From contig CAZKBY010000001.1 in NCBI GenBank assembly GCA_964550915.1, forward strand, positions 1 to 36,384: a DNA stretch of 36,384 bases. The letters run 5' to 3'. The position numbers were made by a program, and so were the translations under genes. The DNA comes from an uncultured Eubacteriales bacterium (lineage in GTDB: Bacteria; Acidobacteriota; Aminicenantia; Aminicenantales; UBA8522). Of this stretch, positions 33,642 to 36,384 are shown one piece after another (the first letter of the stretch is position 1; the number at the start of each line of letters is the position of its first letter). Under the pieces are notes generated by a model. That model worked only from the letters and a program-made list of their open reading frames with translations, was not told the DNA's origin and searched no databases.

Positions 33642-35882
33642 ATGATTCTCTATCGCCCAGACCTGCGGTCAACGGAAGAGGGAAGGTCCCGGTTCAGGAA
33701 GAAGATATTGCCTGGCTGGTCCCGTCTTCGCCCCGATAGGGTGACTGGCAGATCACCGTCCGTGTTCAGGTTAATCTCTATTATTTCTATATTTTCTATA
33801 GGAATAATATATATCGCTGCCCCCTTGTCCGCCCAGGAAACTCAGGCTCAAGCCCGAGTAAACCTTCTCCAGCTCCTCGGGATCACTCCCTCTCCCGAAT
33901 CCATCGATTACGTCCAGAACAAAACCCAGTTCCAGCTCCACACGCTTCTCACCGAACAGCGGCATCCCAAGACTTGGAACCTGAGCGAGCGAATAGAAAC
34001 CGATGTCGCCGACGGCCTGCGAATGCTCTTTTCAGTGGACGAGGACATCATCACGCGTCTGCAAGCCCTGGCGGCCGACCCGGGAGCAATCGAATCGCTC
34101 GCCGAGGCGCTCGAGGAAGCCATCCTCTCCGGCCGCCAGATTTATGTTTACGGCTGCGGCGCTACGGGACGCTTGGCCAAGCAGATGGAAAGCTCTTTCT
34201 GGCGGCCCTTCTGGCGGCGCCTTAAGGCTGATGAGAAAATCTGGGCCAAGCTCGAGCCCCATCTCACGGCCGAAATCGAGGACAGGCTCATCGGCGAGAT
34301 GACTGGTGCCGACCGGGCACTGATCAGCTCTCTTGAAGGCTTCGAAGACCTCCAGCTCATCGGCCGGCTTCAGCTCGCTGACCGGGGAATAAAAAAGGGA
34401 GACGTCGTCATCTGCGTCACCGAAGGCGGCGAAACCTCGTCGGTCATCGGGACCATCCTGGCTGCCCTCAACCAATGGAAGGAGGCCGGCCTCTCCGACC
34501 CGACTGAAACCCGAAAGCATCTTTATTTCGTCTACAACAATCCCGACGACAGGCTCCTCCCCTTCCTGCGGAGCCGCCTTGTTCTGGAAGAGCCGGGCAT
34601 CACCAAAATAAACTTGACCACCGGCCCGCAGGCGATTACCGGCTCAACCCGGATGCAGGCCACGACCATCGAAACCTTCGTTATCGGGCAGGCTCTCCAA
34701 GAAGCGACTCTCCGCGTCCTTAAAAGTTATCTCACGAAAAAAGAGCTGGCCCGGGTCGGGTTCGACAACCCTCCCCCGCTAACAGACAGGCTGAGGGAGT
34801 TTTCCTCCATCCTGAATGAGATAAAGAAGAACATCCCGGCCATCACAGAGTTCACCGCCCTCGAGGCGCAGACCTACAAGGAAAGCTCTTTCTCTACCTA
34901 TTTCGCCGATAGAGCCCTGATCACCGTCTTCATCGATAGCACCGAGCGAAGCCCGACATTCCGCCTCTATCCCTTAGACACGACAAAAGAGCCCAAAAGA
35001 AAATGCTGGATCCAGGTCTGGACACCGGCCGCCAGCCTGTCGGAAGCCTGGCAGTCCTTTCTGGGCCGGCCTTTCCGGGGGCTCACCGCCTCTTTCTACC
35101 AGAAACATTTCGAGGAAGAAATCGATGACCCATACCTCAGGGCCGCAGCGCTTGAAAGCCTGAAGAAGGCGGGCGACGACCAGCAGTCACTCTATGACTT
35201 TTCTTTCGGCGAAAACAACATCAAGAAGCGCGGGCCGAAAAAAGGCGACCTGGCCGTCATGATCCTTTTCTCGCCCGAGGAGGAAGAGCTCAAAAGAGAG
35301 GATTCTCCCTGCCGCCGCTTTGCCGACCTTTGTCTCCGGAGCGGGGCCAGTCTTGCCCTCATCGTCGTCGGAAAGAGCCCGGCCAAAAGCATTGGCGATT
35401 TCATTCCGGGAGCAAGAGGACCTTGCATCTCGCTTTCTTTGTCGGAAAGAAACGATCCCTTTGGCGTCAACCGCCATATCGGGTTAAAAACTCTCCTCAA
35501 TGCCCACTCGACAGCGGTCATGACCCGGCTGGGCAAGGTCATCGGCAATACCATGACTAACGTCAGCCCCAGTAACCTCAAGCTCATCGGCCGGGCCACC
35601 TATCTAGTCCAGTCGCACGTCAACGACATCCTGAGCCGGCCGGCCTGGGTGAGCCGGTACGGCGTGCGCGAGCCCATATCTTATGGCGAAGCCAACGCTG
35701 TCCTTTATGACGCTATCGCCTTCATGAAAGAAAAAAAGGAAGCCGGCCAGACGGCTGAAGTGGCTCTATCCATTATCCGCATCCTGGAATCCCTCCGCCA
35801 GAACAGCGGCGTCTCCCAAGAGGAAGCCTTGGACCTTGTCACGACCGTCGGCTTGAGCAAGTATCTTTCTTCATTAACATAA
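33642..35882 (+). CDS. MurQ / glucokinase-regulatory-protein (GCKR) family SIS-domain protein with signal-peptide-like N-terminus
   Basis: 746 aa. LLTEQRHP, IYVYGCGATGRLA, VVICVTEGGETSSVIG, ITGSTRMQATT and GKVIGNTMTNVSPSNLKL parallel MurQ blocks (GAGTSGRL, GIAASGRTPY, TGSSRMKAGT, GKVFGNLMVDV). The N-terminus RLISIISIFSIGIIYIAAPLSA|QE looks like a signal or anchor sequence. Alternative GTG start at 33741. Confidence 0.65.
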   Translation: MILYRPDLRSTEEGRSRFRKKILPGWSRLRPDRVTGRSPSVFRLISIISIFSIGIIYIAAPLSAQETQAQARVNLLQLLGITPSPESIDYVQNKTQFQLHTLLTEQRHPKTWNLSERIETDVADGLRMLFSVDEDIITRLQALAADPGAIESLAEALEEAILSGRQIYVYGCGATGRLAKQMESSFWRPFWRRLKADEKIWAKLEPHLTAEIEDRLIGEMTGADRALISSLEGFEDLQLIGRLQLADRGIKKGDVVICVTEGGETSSVIGTILAALNQWKEAGLSDPTETRKHLYFVYNNPDDRLLPFLRSRLVLEEPGITKINLTTGPQAITGSTRMQATTIETFVIGQALQEATLRVLKSYLTKKELARVGFDNPPPLTDRLREFSSILNEIKKNIPAITEFTALEAQTYKESSFSTYFADRALITVFIDSTERSPTFRLYPLDTTKEPKRKCWIQVWTPAASLSEAWQSFLGRPFRGLTASFYQKHFEEEIDDPYLRAAALESLKKAGDDQQSLYDFSFGENNIKKRGPKKGDLAVMILFSPEEEELKREDSPCRRFADLCLRSGASLALIVVGKSPAKSIGDFIPGARGPCISLSLSERNDPFGVNRHIGLKTLLNAHSTAVMTRLGKVIGNTMTNVSPSNLKLIGRATYLVQSHVNDILSRPAWVSRYGVREPISYGEANAVLYDAIAFMKEKKEAGQTAEVALSIIRILESLRQNSGVSQEEALDLVTTVGLSKYLSSLT

Positions 35883-36149
35883 TGCGATATTAGAAGGGAA
35901 CAATTCTCAGGAAGGACCGTTCCGTTGATCATAGATAGCCTAAGCAGAGAGCGTGCTTCAAGCGAGCTAACCTGTTTCTCAATAAAGAAATCTTGCTGTG
36001 GCCGGAGTGTACCATCTCCGACATCCTGAGCGGACTGTCATTTATCGGGTGTTATTTCATTACTTACGCTCCGATTTATCATCCCCAACGATAGGAGGGA
36101 GCAATATTGGCCCTTGAGCGATCGTTCAACCGGCGCAGCAGAAAACGAA

Positions 36150-36384
36150 ATGCTTATCCAAAACCTACACGCATTTTATCTGAGCGCCGGTCGTTACAAA
36201 GAGCGCCTTGAACCGGCCATAAAAGCGGCCGGAAAAAATCCAAGCCTGAACACCAAGCTCCTGATCCTGATGGCCTATGGGTTAAACGGGGTGCAGGACC
36301 AAGCCTTTTTCCTGATGGAAGAAGTGCACGTCTCCTGCGGGGCCGAGGGAACTTTTCAAAACATCGTCCTGTTTGGCACAGCTC
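36150..36384 (+). CDS. 3'-partial ORF of unknown function
   Basis: Frame 3 is open from the ATG at 36150 to the window end (78 codons, MLIQNLHAFYLSAGRYKERLEPAIKAAG...). It is absent from the track because it has no stop. No recognisable motif. Confidence 0.3.
   Translation, partial: MLIQNLHAFYLSAGRYKERLEPAIKAAGKNPSLNTKLLILMAYGLNGVQDQAFFLMEEVHVSCGAEGTFQNIVLFGTA

Noticed and set aside
1-36384. Search for CRISPR arrays, long direct repeats, IS elements, toxin-antitoxin pairs or phage genes
   Set aside because: I found none by visual inspection. The only repeated units are short palindromes and the paralogous pilin and TMTC-like gene pairs, which are diverged at the DNA level.

Overview
This is a 36.4-kb bacterial chromosomal window. 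All calls come from reading motifs by eye; no HMM or BLAST search, RNA folding or composition statistics were run. I saw no rRNA, CRISPR array, transposase or integrase.

Contents, left to right:
- A 5'-partial AspC-type aminotransferase whose frame continues into an HprK/PEPCK-like P-loop domain.
- gmhA and plsC on the minus strand.
- A ~10.7-kb run of six large polytopic membrane proteins. They are ArnT/PMT/TMTC-like GT-C glycosyltransferase candidates, four with C-terminal TPR, plus a PAP2-TPR fusion. The 6.8-14.0 kb part is visibly AT-richer and its genes lack Shine-Dalgarno sequences.
- A minus-strand type IV pilus block pilB-pilT-pilC-pilS-pilR. It is followed by a consensus sigma-54 promoter, two tandem 180-aa pilin paralogs split by an intrinsic terminator, and then one of the TMTC-like genes.
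- tRNA-Pro(TGG) and tRNA-Arg(TCT).
- A minus-strand housekeeping operon ctp-rpiB-SHMT-like-purD-purE-mtaB-mutL with ATGA overlaps.
- tatA-tatC, then a UPF0200-like P-loop kinase overlapping a dCMP deaminase.
- A 746-aa MurQ/GCKR-family SIS protein with a signal-peptide-like N-terminus, and a 3'-partial ORF.

The best candidate for something undescribed is the pilin-linked GT-C/TPR/PAP2 membrane gene array, which may be a periplasmic, lipid-carrier-dependent glycosylation system, perhaps acting on pilin. Secondary candidates are the aminotransferase-kinase fusion, the split kinase plus deaminase pair, and the exported SIS protein.
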